From the sequence record KC131130.1: a stretch of DNA of 40,000 bases; one strand, 5' to 3'. Source of the DNA: Vibrio phage VP4B. This document shows positions 8,971-18,876 of this stretch, piece by piece. Below the pieces are notes generated by a model that saw only the letters and a program-made list of their open reading frames with translations, ran no database searches and was not told the DNA's origin. How positions within the stretch are numbered: the first letter of the stretch is position 1; each line of letters opens with the position of its first letter. The translations under genes were made by a program, and so were the position numbers.

Positions 8971-9505
8971 CACTTATTCGTTAGGGGTTTCTGACGTTTA
9001 CGATACCATCGCTGGACGTTTAATGTGGGATAACGACAAACGTAATATCCCTATTCCCAAAATAGGTGCGGTAGCCAGTGCCCTCATGGCATACACAGTA
9101 ATGTCTATCGCCGACCATACTAATTTCGAATACCGTCGATTACCAAGTGATCGACACGGTTACACACCGTTGTATGTATTTAACAAACCGAAAGATAGCA
9201 TGGATTTCGTCTTTGCAGAAAACTACAGTGAATACGATACTCGAGTATTGCGTGACTATTATACCGCGGATGCCTTGGAGGTAATTGTGGACGATATCCG
9301 TTATTTGATATTGTCGGAACTTTACCGAATGACGCCCAACACGTATTTCAGTCATAAGGTGACAATCTCTTTACCTCACGTTCGATGTTTGTTCGTGACG
9401 ATACATAACGAAGACATGGTGGAGTGTGATGAAGATATTATTCATGATGGAGCCGATGGCGGACTTCATCTCCCGGAGGGACTTAGTTCGATTTACGGGG
9501 ATTGA
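8924..9505 (+). CDS. Hypothetical phage protein (up to 193 aa, start uncertain)
   Basis: Long ORF overlapping the upstream gene; GTG at 8924 preceded by AGGAG, but other starts are possible. Confidence 0.65.
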   Translation: MITQLPIKCQTSSSHNTYSLGVSDVYDTIAGRLMWDNDKRNIPIPKIGAVASALMAYTVMSIADHTNFEYRRLPSDRHGYTPLYVFNKPKDSMDFVFAENYSEYDTRVLRDYYTADALEVIVDDIRYLILSELYRMTPNTYFSHKVTISLPHVRCLFVTIHNEDMVECDEDIIHDGADGGLHLPEGLSSIYGD

Positions 9506-9812
9506 ACAAGGACCTTTATTACATACTTTCTTTGTAGTGGCGTATGAAAACGTCATCTCATATGGAAGGACAGGTGCGGTAGAGTTAGCCAAAGGAAACA
9601 TGCTCAGTCAAGTATTAGAAAACCTAATACGTTTAGATTTGAGTAACGACTTTCCTTGGTTAACCACCGCGCATGAACTTAAAGCTCTTGGTGTCATCCT
9701 AGTGGAAGCAATGGATGACTTACTCACAGGAAATTCAATCATTAGTTACCAGCCTGTGCCGAAGACTAAATTCCCTCAGGCTATGGTAGTGGAGTGTGTA
9801 CGTGAACAATAA
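9426..9812 (+). CDS. Hypothetical phage protein (up to 128 aa, start uncertain)
   Basis: ORF overlaps the previous one by 80 nt; true start may be downstream. Confidence 0.6.
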   Translation: MMKILFMMEPMADFISRRDLVRFTGIEQGPLLHTFFVVAYENVISYGRTGAVELAKGNMLSQVLENLIRLDLSNDFPWLTTAHELKALGVILVEAMDDLLTGNSIISYQPVPKTKFPQAMVVECVREQ

Positions 9813-10131
9813 TAAAACTTTTTCTCATTCATTGACGGTCCCACCGGCGACCAACATGGATGATTTGTGTGCCTTTATAGGTAAACTAGTAGCAGCTCGT
9901 GGCGTGACTCATAACCTTTACGTTATGTCGGACAACGAATTGGATCACCCTATCCCAGAGTCCAAACAACAACTCTTGGCTGAAGCAATCCAGTTGAGTC
10001 AAGTTTTGGCTTCGGTATGTAACCAATACACCAACGTGGAACTCACCGAAGCCAAATTCGCCATGAATCAAGTAATCCTTATGTTTACTTGTTCAGGAGA
10101 TCGAACTCATGAATACATACCTATTGGCTAG
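9796..10131 (+). CDS. Hypothetical small phage protein (111 aa)
   Basis: GTG start overlapping the previous gene end; packed gene order. Confidence 0.65.
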   Translation: MYVNNNKTFSHSLTVPPATNMDDLCAFIGKLVAARGVTHNLYVMSDNELDHPIPESKQQLLAEAIQLSQVLASVCNQYTNVELTEAKFAMNQVILMFTCSGDRTHEYIPIG

Positions 10132-10438
10132 TGTCGATTACCCGGCATTAACGAGTTATGTTAATCGGTTGTATGATGAAGATCACGCGGTACTCACCAC
10201 GGAAATGTTAGGAACTCATTTAACAACCCATTTAGCGATGTTGAATGATAAAGGGGAAGACCCTGACCCAGTCCTAACCGAGATGTTATTTATCAATCCC
10301 ATGTTTCACCTCACCCATTTCCCGGTTATGATAGATCGTACAGCGTTTACGATAACTTGGGAAAACGGTTTGGTTTGTGAGTGTCCCATGATCATACTCA
10401 TGCGACGGCTTTATTACGATCATTTCTATAGGCAGTAA
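10109..10438 (+). CDS. Hypothetical small phage protein (109 aa)
   Basis: ATG start preceded by AGGAG, overlapping the previous gene end. Confidence 0.7.
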   Translation: MNTYLLASVDYPALTSYVNRLYDEDHAVLTTEMLGTHLTTHLAMLNDKGEDPDPVLTEMLFINPMFHLTHFPVMIDRTAFTITWENGLVCECPMIILMRRLYYDHFYRQ

Positions 10439-10463
10439 GCCTACCAACTTAGGAGAAATATCA

Positions 10464-10871
10464 GTGATTTACAACATTGGTCAAGAAGACCTAATCAGTT
10501 TCCGTATCGTGGAGTCTGGTTTAATGAACAGTGGTTTCGAGGGAGTAACTTACCAAGGGACTGTTGGACATGCGGTGGCAGTAATGGTGTCGCAAGACAT
10601 CAATATCAAACACCAAAACCTTCGCACTTATTTCAAGTCAGCGTACCCCGATGCGATTAATCCTACCGACTACCAATACATCTTGGTTCGTCACCCTAAC
10701 GGCATCGTAGAAGCCATTGGTGAACCTTGGATTGTTAAGAACTCACTTAAAGTCGTGAACACTCAATCTAAAGTCATCACCATTAGTAACTGGTCAGAAT
10801 GGTTCGGTGAACCTATCAAAGATTTGTTGGCTTCACTTGGTGCTAACTACACCATCACCGACAAAGAATAA
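10464..10871 (+). CDS. Hypothetical phage protein (135 aa)
   Basis: ORF preceded by AGGAG; followed by hairpin 10876-10902. Confidence 0.8.
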   Translation: MIYNIGQEDLISFRIVESGLMNSGFEGVTYQGTVGHAVAVMVSQDINIKHQNLRTYFKSAYPDAINPTDYQYILVRHPNGIVEAIGEPWIVKNSLKVVNTQSKVITISNWSEWFGEPIKDLLASLGANYTITDKE

Positions 10872-10875
10872 ATCC

Positions 10876-10902
10876 CTACCCTACCCGTAATGGGTAGGGT
10901 AG
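10876..10902 (+). terminator. Terminator-like hairpin
   Basis: CTACCCTACCC-GTAAT-GGGTAGGGTAG perfect 11-bp stem. Confidence 0.75.
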
Positions 10903-10935
10903 TTTACCGCTTTCTTATTTTTTTGGAGATTTGTC

Positions 10936-11376
10936 ATGTGTGAATGTAACCCATCAGAAGAACTGGTTTTCAACGAAGAACAGAAAAATGTATGGCAAAA
11001 AGCTTACCCGTTAATCACCATGGAAGGATACCAAGGTCCCTTTGCTTATTTGGATCTAACGTTAACTTGGTTTTGTCCACGTTGTTGTGATTTGTCTAAA
11101 CCGTTATTACTTAACCGAGAAAAAACTGTCCTTTATTGTGACAGTCATCCTCATACATGTGAATACACTTATGCTAATTTCGAAACACGTAAAGCCAAAC
11201 GGACCTTTTTGAGCTCACAATACCGTTTGCCGTTGTCCTTAGAAGAATGCCGAGATAATGTGTTAAAACGCCTTGAACTTGATGTGTTAGGAATGAAACA
11301 ACAACGTGACCGTTTAGGAACCCGTATCGAAGAAAAACAAGAACATATTATACAGCTAAAAAATACTTGGAAGTAA
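10936..11376 (+). CDS. Small protein with Cys/His-rich putative zinc ribbon and C-terminal coiled coil (146 aa)
   Basis: WFCPRCCDL...LYCDSHPHTCEY Cys/His pattern; C-terminal LKRLELDVLGMKQQRDRLGTRIEEKQEHIIQL heptad-like. Confidence 0.7.
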   Translation: MCECNPSEELVFNEEQKNVWQKAYPLITMEGYQGPFAYLDLTLTWFCPRCCDLSKPLLLNREKTVLYCDSHPHTCEYTYANFETRKAKRTFLSSQYRLPLSLEECRDNVLKRLELDVLGMKQQRDRLGTRIEEKQEHIIQLKNTWK

Positions 11377-11435
11377 TCCTTAACTCCAAGGTGAATGATT
11401 TAGCATAAATTACAATTTTACTTTGGAGTGATACA

Positions 11436-13508
11436 ATGATTCAACCAATGTTGTCTCCGTTTGTCGATCCTGACTATCATTCTGATAGAAACATCGTTAA
11501 ACATTACCATCACCAAATGGTAAACTACGTTCAGAAACGTTTTAATGTAACCGAGGAACAAGCTAAAAAGGTTATACTAAAGAACTTCCGACCTAATAAC
11601 GGTACTTACGAAGATCGTAAGTTTAAAGTCTTAGAGAAAAACAAATATGGCGATCGTGAACTTAAAATCATGAAAGCCACTCAATTCTTCGAGAACGTTC
11701 ATAGCAACAACTACCATTTAAGTCCGTCCATGGTAGGATATAAAAACTCAGAAGAAGAACAATCCGTTAACTCCATCGGTACAGAACGATTCTTAACTTT
11801 GCGTAAGCTCTATAAAGGGAAACGGCAAGAAGCGAAAGGTTCTGGGGATAAGTGGGCTGAGAAAACTTTTGACGTTATCCAAAACGCCCTAAAAATCTTT
11901 AACAACGCTCAGTCTGGTGCGATGTCTTCTAACGGGACACCATTAGTGAATAAATCCGGTCATACGACGTTGACTTCTACATGTCGTGGCTTAACGTCAA
12001 CTGCTAATATTTGTAACGAGAAACTGCTAGCAGGTAACCGACTCTACAACACTTTTGAAAACACCTTACAAAACATCATCTCAACGGTGCAATACACCGA
12101 CCTAGAGAAAATGCAAAGTGTGATGGATAAGTTAGGGATGCGACACGCCACTGTAGATGAAGTCATGAACATGATACGTCACTCTACTGGTCGTTACTGG
12201 CGTAATGCGTCTAGAATGAAAATCATCGAAGAAATGGTCAATGTGTTTAAACCAGTCGAACTCACCGCGTTGTTGTGTGTGATGGACTTAGAAGGTTTAC
12301 GTGTGACCAACAATAAAGTGTTGTACGAATTCCTAGATGATTTTTCTAAAGTTCCTGAAATCCCAGAAGGGGCTAAAGCGGAGGATTACCCAAAACCTGA
12401 CAACGGTGACCGTTACGTACTGTGTGTGTCTAAGATCGTCGGCAAACCTTCTCAACTGCAACTCAACCATTTGAACTCATGGCATTTAGAATGTGAGATG
12501 AAATGGAAAGAGTTCATCGAAGTGTTCTTGAAACAAGAGATCCCACCGTCTGGTGTGTACAACATCAAAGACATGATTCGCGAAGTAGTATTGACGTCGG
12601 ATACCGACTCATCAATCTACACCGTGGATACCGTTGTTGACCAGTACACCAAAGACCGTGCTACATCTCTTCGTACTAACGGTGTATTGACTTATTTCGT
12701 TCGTATGATAGCGGTTCACCAACATGCTCAGTTCTCTGAGAACATGAACGTGGCGAAACGATTCCGTTACCGTTTGAACATGAAGAACGAGTATTTGTTC
12801 GGAGCTTATGTAACGACGACGATGTCTAAACACTACTATGCAACACAGCTCATGGTGGAAGGTGTGATGAACAAAGAAGTCGAGATGGAGATCAAAGGGG
12901 TACACCTACGGTCTGCTAAGATTGCGGCGAACATCAAAGCTTTTGCTCATGGTCTAATGCGGGAAGTGTTAGATGCCATCCACGAACACCGTCAATTGGA
13001 CGCAGCGGATATTTTGTTCCGAGCCGCCGAGTTAGAACGTGAAATCATTCGTGATGTGGAAGATGGTAAATGGGTCTGGTTAACTAAGTCCACGATTAAG
13101 GATGGTGAAATTTACGCGAATCCAGAATCGTCTGTTTTCCAATACCATGTGCTATGGGAAAGGTTATTTGCTAAGAAATACGGACATGCACCGGAGTTAC
13201 CTTATACTGCGATTAAGGTAAACGCGAAAACCCTGAACCGCGCCACCATTAAAGAGTGGGTGGATGGATTAGAACCAGAGATGAAGAAAGCAGCCGAGTC
13301 TCACTTAGGTGACACCACGAAGCTAACGACCATCTATGTTCCAGAAGAATGTTTGGGTGAATCAGGGATACCTAAAGAAGTGATTCAAGCAGCGGACATT
13401 CGTTCTATCATCAAACAGAACTTGAAATGTGTGTACGCGGTATTGGAGTCTTTAGGTCTCTTTATCGTAAACCAAAAAATAACTCGCATTATCAGTGACG
13501 AGCATTAA
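11436..13508 (+). CDS. Family B DNA polymerase, C-terminal part (split polymerase of phiKZ-like phages)
   Basis: REVVLTSDTDSSIYTVDTVVDQY matches the polymerase B motif C (DTDS); upstream NGTPLVNKSGHTTLTSTCRGLTSTANICNEKLLAGNRLYNTFENTLQNII is compatible with the motif B region; no exonuclease domain or motif A seen, so the N-terminal part must be elsewhere. Confidence 0.7.
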   Translation: MIQPMLSPFVDPDYHSDRNIVKHYHHQMVNYVQKRFNVTEEQAKKVILKNFRPNNGTYEDRKFKVLEKNKYGDRELKIMKATQFFENVHSNNYHLSPSMVGYKNSEEEQSVNSIGTERFLTLRKLYKGKRQEAKGSGDKWAEKTFDVIQNALKIFNNAQSGAMSSNGTPLVNKSGHTTLTSTCRGLTSTANICNEKLLAGNRLYNTFENTLQNIISTVQYTDLEKMQSVMDKLGMRHATVDEVMNMIRHSTGRYWRNASRMKIIEEMVNVFKPVELTALLCVMDLEGLRVTNNKVLYEFLDDFSKVPEIPEGAKAEDYPKPDNGDRYVLCVSKIVGKPSQLQLNHLNSWHLECEMKWKEFIEVFLKQEIPPSGVYNIKDMIREVVLTSDTDSSIYTVDTVVDQYTKDRATSLRTNGVLTYFVRMIAVHQHAQFSENMNVAKRFRYRLNMKNEYLFGAYVTTTMSKHYYATQLMVEGVMNKEVEMEIKGVHLRSAKIAANIKAFAHGLMREVLDAIHEHRQLDAADILFRAAELEREIIRDVEDGKWVWLTKSTIKDGEIYANPESSVFQYHVLWERLFAKKYGHAPELPYTAIKVNAKTLNRATIKEWVDGLEPEMKKAAESHLGDTTKLTTIYVPEECLGESGIPKEVIQAADIRSIIKQNLKCVYAVLESLGLFIVNQKITRIISDEH

Positions 13509-13511
13509 TAA

Positions 13512-13537
13512 TCCCGTGGGGCTTTCACCCCACGGGA
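13512..13537. terminator. Strong hairpin between convergent genes, possible bidirectional terminator
   Basis: TCCCGTGGGG-CTTTCA-CCCCACGGGA perfect 10-bp stem. Confidence 0.75.
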
Positions 13538-13542
13538 CTACC

Positions 13543-14649
13543 TTAATGTTTTACACTTTTTTCAAGTTCTTCTCGTAAACCCAAATAGCGTTTAATTAAA
13601 CTCGGGTTACGGATATTACTCGTTGCTAGTTTAGCATCTTGCAGTAACCAACGTTCCACATTACTTTTCATTACCCCGTTAGTGTTTCGGGTTAGTTTGT
13701 TGTAATTAAGGTGCGTGGTTAAAGCTTTCATGTACGCGAAGTTCCAAACCCAGCGAGATCTTAGGTACAAGGCATAACGTCCGGGATTCATCCATTGAGT
13801 TGGATTGTGTTCCACCAAAGGCAAGCTATCTAGCTTCTGTAAACATCCTAGGAAGTGTTCTAAATTACGTACAGGGTTTTTGCTTAATAAAGTATGCAAA
13901 TCTTTTACGTGACGTTTTAGGAGTGTTTCTACAGGGTTAATAGCGAACGTAGTACGCGGGACACTCACCAGTGACTCTGGCGCAACACCGGTTAACATCC
14001 CTTGGTATAACGCATTCATTACCACTAAACGATTACCCAATATTTGAGCGTTCATCAAAGGATACGGGAGCCATGTTTCTGGTTTAGGATCAAAGCCGTA
14101 TATTTGAGCGTCTCTTAAATAACGCCAGTAAGCGACGGCTAATGCCATTAAGTCAACACCGATGATGGCTAACTTAGTGGGTTTATTATCGAGTGGTTTA
14201 TCACCGACTGGTCTAAAATCCAACTGGGTGGACTCAGTATAGACTGGAATAAATGGACAGAGTTTTTTCTCATCCATGTTAAGATATTCAGTAAAGTCAC
14301 ACTGAGGCGGTAATGATATTAGAAGCTCAGAAAAGTCTTCTTTGTATAAGACGCTTCGCTGCAATTTGCCTGAGTTATAAACTCCAACTAAACCACCGTT
14401 GCTTGCCCAGCGTTCTGTTTTAAAGTCTATAACGTTGTGTAGTTCTTCTTCGGTCCAACTCGGATCGATCTGCATGAACTCCAACAAAGCGACTAACGGA
14501 TGCTCGTGAGGAACACGGTACGTCGTATTTAATACCCGTTGTTCGAGTTGTTCTTGGTTGAACTTACAAACCCGTTTTAAGTTACTCACATTACTATAAC
14601 TGTAAACTGCATTTGTAATAGAGTTCAACCCAGTATATAGTGTTTGCAT
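13543..14649 (-). CDS. Hypothetical phage protein (368 aa)
   Basis: Long minus-strand ORF convergent with the DNA polymerase gene. Confidence 0.85.
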   Translation of the reverse strand: MQTLYTGLNSITNAVYSYSNVSNLKRVCKFNQEQLEQRVLNTTYRVPHEHPLVALLEFMQIDPSWTEEELHNVIDFKTERWASNGGLVGVYNSGKLQRSVLYKEDFSELLISLPPQCDFTEYLNMDEKKLCPFIPVYTESTQLDFRPVGDKPLDNKPTKLAIIGVDLMALAVAYWRYLRDAQIYGFDPKPETWLPYPLMNAQILGNRLVVMNALYQGMLTGVAPESLVSVPRTTFAINPVETLLKRHVKDLHTLLSKNPVRNLEHFLGCLQKLDSLPLVEHNPTQWMNPGRYALYLRSRWVWNFAYMKALTTHLNYNKLTRNTNGVMKSNVERWLLQDAKLATSNIRNPSLIKRYLGLREELEKSVKH

Positions 14650-14776
14650 AAACTGGTTACCATTCTATGTAAATAAAAAACTTTCTCCGACCGTAAGGTT
14701 GGGGTGACGAGGACTAGTATTGGAATATTTTTGACATAAAATCGAGGATTTACCTGAGTCCTAAAATATTTCAGTC

Positions 14777-14798
14777 CTATATAACTTAGGTGTTAAGC
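14777..14798 (+). promoter_or_regulatory. Promoter-like motif copy B (CTATATAACTTAGGTGTTAAGC)
   Basis: Recurring motif, 67 nt upstream of the highly expressed-looking structural gene at 14865. Confidence 0.6.
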
Positions 14799-14864
14799 AA
14801 TGGATATAAATCCAAAACTTAATGTTTAATAACGTTATTGAATATTAATTCGTAAGGATCACTT

Positions 14865-16973
14865 ATGGCGATCGGCGGTAAAGACGATTGGGAAAAAGTA
14901 ATTGAAGAAAATGAACGTAATACTAGTGACGTTCCATCTCAAGAACCTATCCCAGAACAACCAATTGTAAAACAACCAACCACATCTCAAACTGCACAAC
15001 AAGGAGCAGAAAAAATGTCTCAAGCAAATAAAACACAATCTCTACTAGACTTCGCATCAGTTCTTGGTATGAACTCTGTAATGTCTGGCGGTCGTTCAGT
15101 TCCTGTTGTGAACGAAGTAATGAAAGCTTTGAACGACTTTAAAGAAGAGAAAGGTAAATCTTCTCTAGCACCTGCACTACAAGCCATCATCCCTCAAGAA
15201 GTTATTTCTATGGATGCTAACTTGTCTCCAGTGCTACCGGGCATCATCCTAGCGCGCCGTGTTGGTACTTCAATGATCATCGCTCCTATCATGTTCTCTA
15301 ACCGTGAACTAGCGATTCAACTTGAAGAGATCCACACTAACGGTCTAATGGGTCAAAACACTCCAAGCAAAGTTCAGATCAAACAAGCACCTAACCGTTA
15401 CATGGATAGCAACGTTATCCGTAACATCATGGACTCGATCAAACTTCGCTACGCTGCGGATGGTGTTAACGATGTTCAACTGATCACTTCTCGCGTAATC
15501 AACTTGGAAGATTACCAAACTCCAGAAAACAAAGAAGCAGGTCTACCTCAGTTGCTTACTGGTGTCATCCTAGATGAGTGGGAACGTGGTATGAAGATCA
15601 CACTAACCAAAGCAATGGTTAAAGCGCAACACGATCTGAAAACTCCGTTCATTGACTCTAAAGGTCAAATCGATAAAAACGCTTACGGTCCAACTAAGTC
15701 TGCTACAGCGCGTATCGAATCAGTGAAAACTCAAAGCGGTGCACCTCTAACTATCGATGGTGTTCCATGTTCAGCGAACATGACCGTTCAGCTTCAAACT
15801 GCGCCAAAAGAAGGTCAACACCTAAATTCAGATGCCGCTCGTGGTATCGTAACAGCTTACTCTACTGTACAGCTTATCGGTGTACCTTTCGCAGTTTACA
15901 CAGCGAACCTAATGTCTCGTCCACAACAAATGGCGTTCAACCCAATGATGAATGCTGGTGTTGACGCGTACCCTCACGGTTACCACCCACTACAAGCAGT
16001 TGTTGTAATGAACACTGCACGTGCACAAGCACAAATGGGTAACAACTCTGGTATCGCTTCATTCCTAATGGGTCTGTACGCGAACATGACGGTTAACCAC
16101 AACCACTTGTTCACTGAGCCACTACGTCTAATGTCTAACGGTGCTCGCGGTAACTTGTCTCACATTGAACGTCGTATCGATGACATGATCATGGGTGCAC
16201 TTCCAAAACGTGATGACAAAACTAAGATCACTGAAGCTCGTCTAAAAGACATGGACTTCACTTCAAGCTGGATCCGTCGTAACATTGCACCACATGCATC
16301 TTACGCGATCGACCTAGCAGAGTTCGGTAACGAAGCAGCCCTAGGCAACTTCCTACTTAACCTAGCAGGTAAAACCAACAATGCTTCTGAGAACAAGATG
16401 ACAGTAGTTCGTGTTCTTGATGCCATCACAGATGGTGAAGCAACTCGTCGCATCAACGAAAACCGTCAAGCTGGTAAAGGTTGGACTATGGACAAAGATA
16501 TCCTTTGTGCATCTTCTATCATCCTACCAGTAGGTACATTCAAACACAACGGCCAACTACACTCGTTGGAAGAAGTGGATGAAATGTTCCTAAGCCGTCT
16601 GTGCCCAACTGATTCAACTCCAATGATTCAGTACCTAGGCGCTATCTACGGTGACAACGGTCAAACTCCAGAAGCAGTGCGTCGTTACAAAATGACTACT
16701 ATGCTTCCTACTTTGATCAACGATGATGTGAACATCACTGGTACAGCTCGTCGTCACTACGTGTCTCCTGAGTTCGCTGAGTTCCTAGGTCTATGTCTAG
16801 ACAAACTAGGTAACTTGAACGCTTCTGGTACTATGGGTACGTTCGCTTCTAACGTTGCGATCTACGCTCCATCAGTTGAGTTCGCAGTAATGGCAGCAGC
16901 AGGTGCTTCTGGTGCTTACATGGCTACTAACGGCGGCTTGATGGGTAACGCTTCTGGTGTTACTTACGCTTAA
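14865..16973 (+). CDS. Probable major capsid protein or other very abundant virion protein (702 aa)
   Basis: Large ORF with strikingly uniform codon choice distinct from neighbours (typical of the most highly expressed phage gene), dedicated promoter-like motif and downstream GAAA-loop hairpin. Function assignment is inference. Confidence 0.5.
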   Translation: MAIGGKDDWEKVIEENERNTSDVPSQEPIPEQPIVKQPTTSQTAQQGAEKMSQANKTQSLLDFASVLGMNSVMSGGRSVPVVNEVMKALNDFKEEKGKSSLAPALQAIIPQEVISMDANLSPVLPGIILARRVGTSMIIAPIMFSNRELAIQLEEIHTNGLMGQNTPSKVQIKQAPNRYMDSNVIRNIMDSIKLRYAADGVNDVQLITSRVINLEDYQTPENKEAGLPQLLTGVILDEWERGMKITLTKAMVKAQHDLKTPFIDSKGQIDKNAYGPTKSATARIESVKTQSGAPLTIDGVPCSANMTVQLQTAPKEGQHLNSDAARGIVTAYSTVQLIGVPFAVYTANLMSRPQQMAFNPMMNAGVDAYPHGYHPLQAVVVMNTARAQAQMGNNSGIASFLMGLYANMTVNHNHLFTEPLRLMSNGARGNLSHIERRIDDMIMGALPKRDDKTKITEARLKDMDFTSSWIRRNIAPHASYAIDLAEFGNEAALGNFLLNLAGKTNNASENKMTVVRVLDAITDGEATRRINENRQAGKGWTMDKDILCASSIILPVGTFKHNGQLHSLEEVDEMFLSRLCPTDSTPMIQYLGAIYGDNGQTPEAVRRYKMTTMLPTLINDDVNITGTARRHYVSPEFAEFLGLCLDKLGNLNASGTMGTFASNVAIYAPSVEFAVMAAAGASGAYMATNGGLMGNASGVTYA

Positions 16974-16999
16974 GCAACTTTACGTTGTGAGTTCTAAGG

Positions 17000-17021
17000 G
17001 TGGAGGGCGAAAGTCCTCCAC
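17000..17021 (+). terminator. Terminator-like hairpin after the putative capsid gene
   Basis: GTGGAGGGC-GAAA-GTCCTCCAC, followed by TCCTTTTTA. Confidence 0.8.
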
Positions 17022-17065
17022 TCCTTTTTATCGTTTTATAATTTTTTGTCAATAAAGGAGATCCT

Positions 17066-18490
17066 GTGATGTCACACGTTACCGACGATATTGCAGTAAA
17101 CGTATTAGCTGGAGAATCATTTGAAGATCTATTGCCTATTAAGCAATTTGAACGATACCAACAACAACTTGGCTATCGCATAACTGATGACCAGTCTTAC
17201 TATGCTCCTCTTTATCCTGCGTTTCGTAATTACGATTTCGCGCATGATACGTCTAAGTCTCAACCTATTTACTTGAACGACTTTGATTTCTGTTTAGAAG
17301 AAGACCGAGAGCGATTAGAAAAACTAATACGTGTGGACTTTGATACGGATACTTTTGAAACGACCGCATCGTGTGGTTGTGAAAAACCGTTGAAGGGCAA
17401 CCACCTAATTGGTTCTGGTCGTGTGTGTAAGAACTGTGGTAACCAAGTAGAACGTTTGGTCGACACCGAACTAACTACAAAAGTCTGGCTACGCTTACCC
17501 ACCGGTGTTCATTCTTTCATTAACCCGGCGTTCTATCGCACATTCTTGCAAAAGATAGCGACAGCGTCACCTAAGATAGAAATCATTACGTACATCATTG
17601 ATCCTTCTTATCGTCGTAAAATAAACTCACAAAGCTCAGAGAAACTCCGAGAGCTCCAAAGTCATCTACGTTTGTTATTAAACAAATTAGACTTGAATGA
17701 ATTCGTTGTACACGCGGATACCATCATGGAGCATTTCTTATTAGGGGAAGGTCGTAAGATCACCGCTCTTAAGAACTCGGATGCCAAAGAGATCATGTGT
17801 GGGTTCATTGACTTTAAAGATGAAGTGTTCACCAAGTATCTACCAGTTCCTAATAAGCTCTCCACGGTTATTGAGAAATCAGGTAAAGAACGTTATGCGT
17901 CTTCTAGTCAGCTTAAAATGGATTCAACGTATATGTCCATTGCTGATACGAAAGACACTACCGATCTTTATACGGTGAATGAGTTTGATATCAGTGCTAG
18001 CATTGATCGTGTTGGTAAAGGTATCGTCGCCTTATCTCAACAAAACGCTGCACAAATGAAAGACTTCTTATTCCCTAAACCGGGAGCAGCACGTAAGCTG
18101 GTAGCCTCTGGTTCATTGCCACTGACAGGACGTTCAGTTATTACGTCTAAAACCGGTATCCATAACCCGGGAATGATTGAAGTTCCTTGGATTATGGCAC
18201 TGGCTCAATTAGAGAAACACATTTTATCTCATTTATATCGTAAGGGATACAGTCCGACGGCAGCCTTAGAAAAGATTTCTAAAGCAGCTCATTATTTGGA
18301 TCCTGACATCGATGCGTTCTTTGCTTATCATGAAGAACGAAATGACATTGTGTGTAAATCTGGTCGTATGCCATCCATCCAGTATCTCTCTCGCCGGACG
18401 TTCTTCGCCCGCATTAAACGAGATCTGGGAGACCAATCTATAGGACTTCCAATACTGTCAGTAGGTCCTTTTAATGCTGACTTCGACGGT
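17066..18490 (+). CDS. DNA-directed RNA polymerase beta-prime-like subunit, N-terminal part, exon 1 (475 codons; joins 18877-19056)
   Basis: Zinc-ribbon-like CGCEKPLKG...CKNCG; catalytic motif ...GPFNADFDG at 3' end; ORF track read-through into the intron gives an aberrant tail EYLPSLNFFNCWNSVKLYLLQ. Confidence 0.9.
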
Positions 18491-18876
18491 GAATATTTGC
18501 CGTCTTTAAACTTCTTTAATTGCTGGAACTCCGTAAAGCTCTATTTACTACAATAGTTGAGTGATCGACTATGAATGTGGACGAAAGTCAGAAATAAAAA
18601 TAGAGATGTCCTATGCTTAATATCCTTATCTGGGATTAGATGAGGTGCTAAGGGATGTGTAATCGGAAATCAGCAGCGAAGACTCTCACGTAGAGTAACG
18701 TTCAACGACTAGGTGGGGAGAAGTCTCCTCGAACAGGAAGAGTGGAATCAAGGAATGATGAAGCTAAGATATAGTCTCGCCCGGTGTGAAAGTATCGGAA
18801 GTCACCATTTGGGAGGTGACTGGCGGATTAACGACCCGCTTTAAAAAGCACTAGCAATAGTGTAACAATGTGTGCG
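18491..18876 (+). other. Self-splicing group I intron (386 nt, no internal endonuclease gene)
   Basis: 5' exon ends in U (GACGGU|G) and pairs perfectly with internal guide GCCGUC (18499-18504) with a terminal U.G wobble; P7 signature GTTCAACGACTA (18700-18711) and AAGATATAGTC (18766-18776) with GACTA/TAGTC pairing; P8-like GGGGAG...CTCCTC; P9-like GTCACC/GGTGAC; CACTA-GCAA-TAGTG hairpin near the 3' end; intron ends in G (TGTGTGCG|GACCAG); precise splicing restores NADFDGDQM. Confidence 0.95.

Noticed and set aside
18491-18556. The aberrant C-terminal tail EYLPSLNFFNCWNSVKLYLLQ as real protein sequence or a frameshift
   Set aside because: It is intron read-through; P1/P7 pairing and the precise motif restoration favour splicing over frameshifting.
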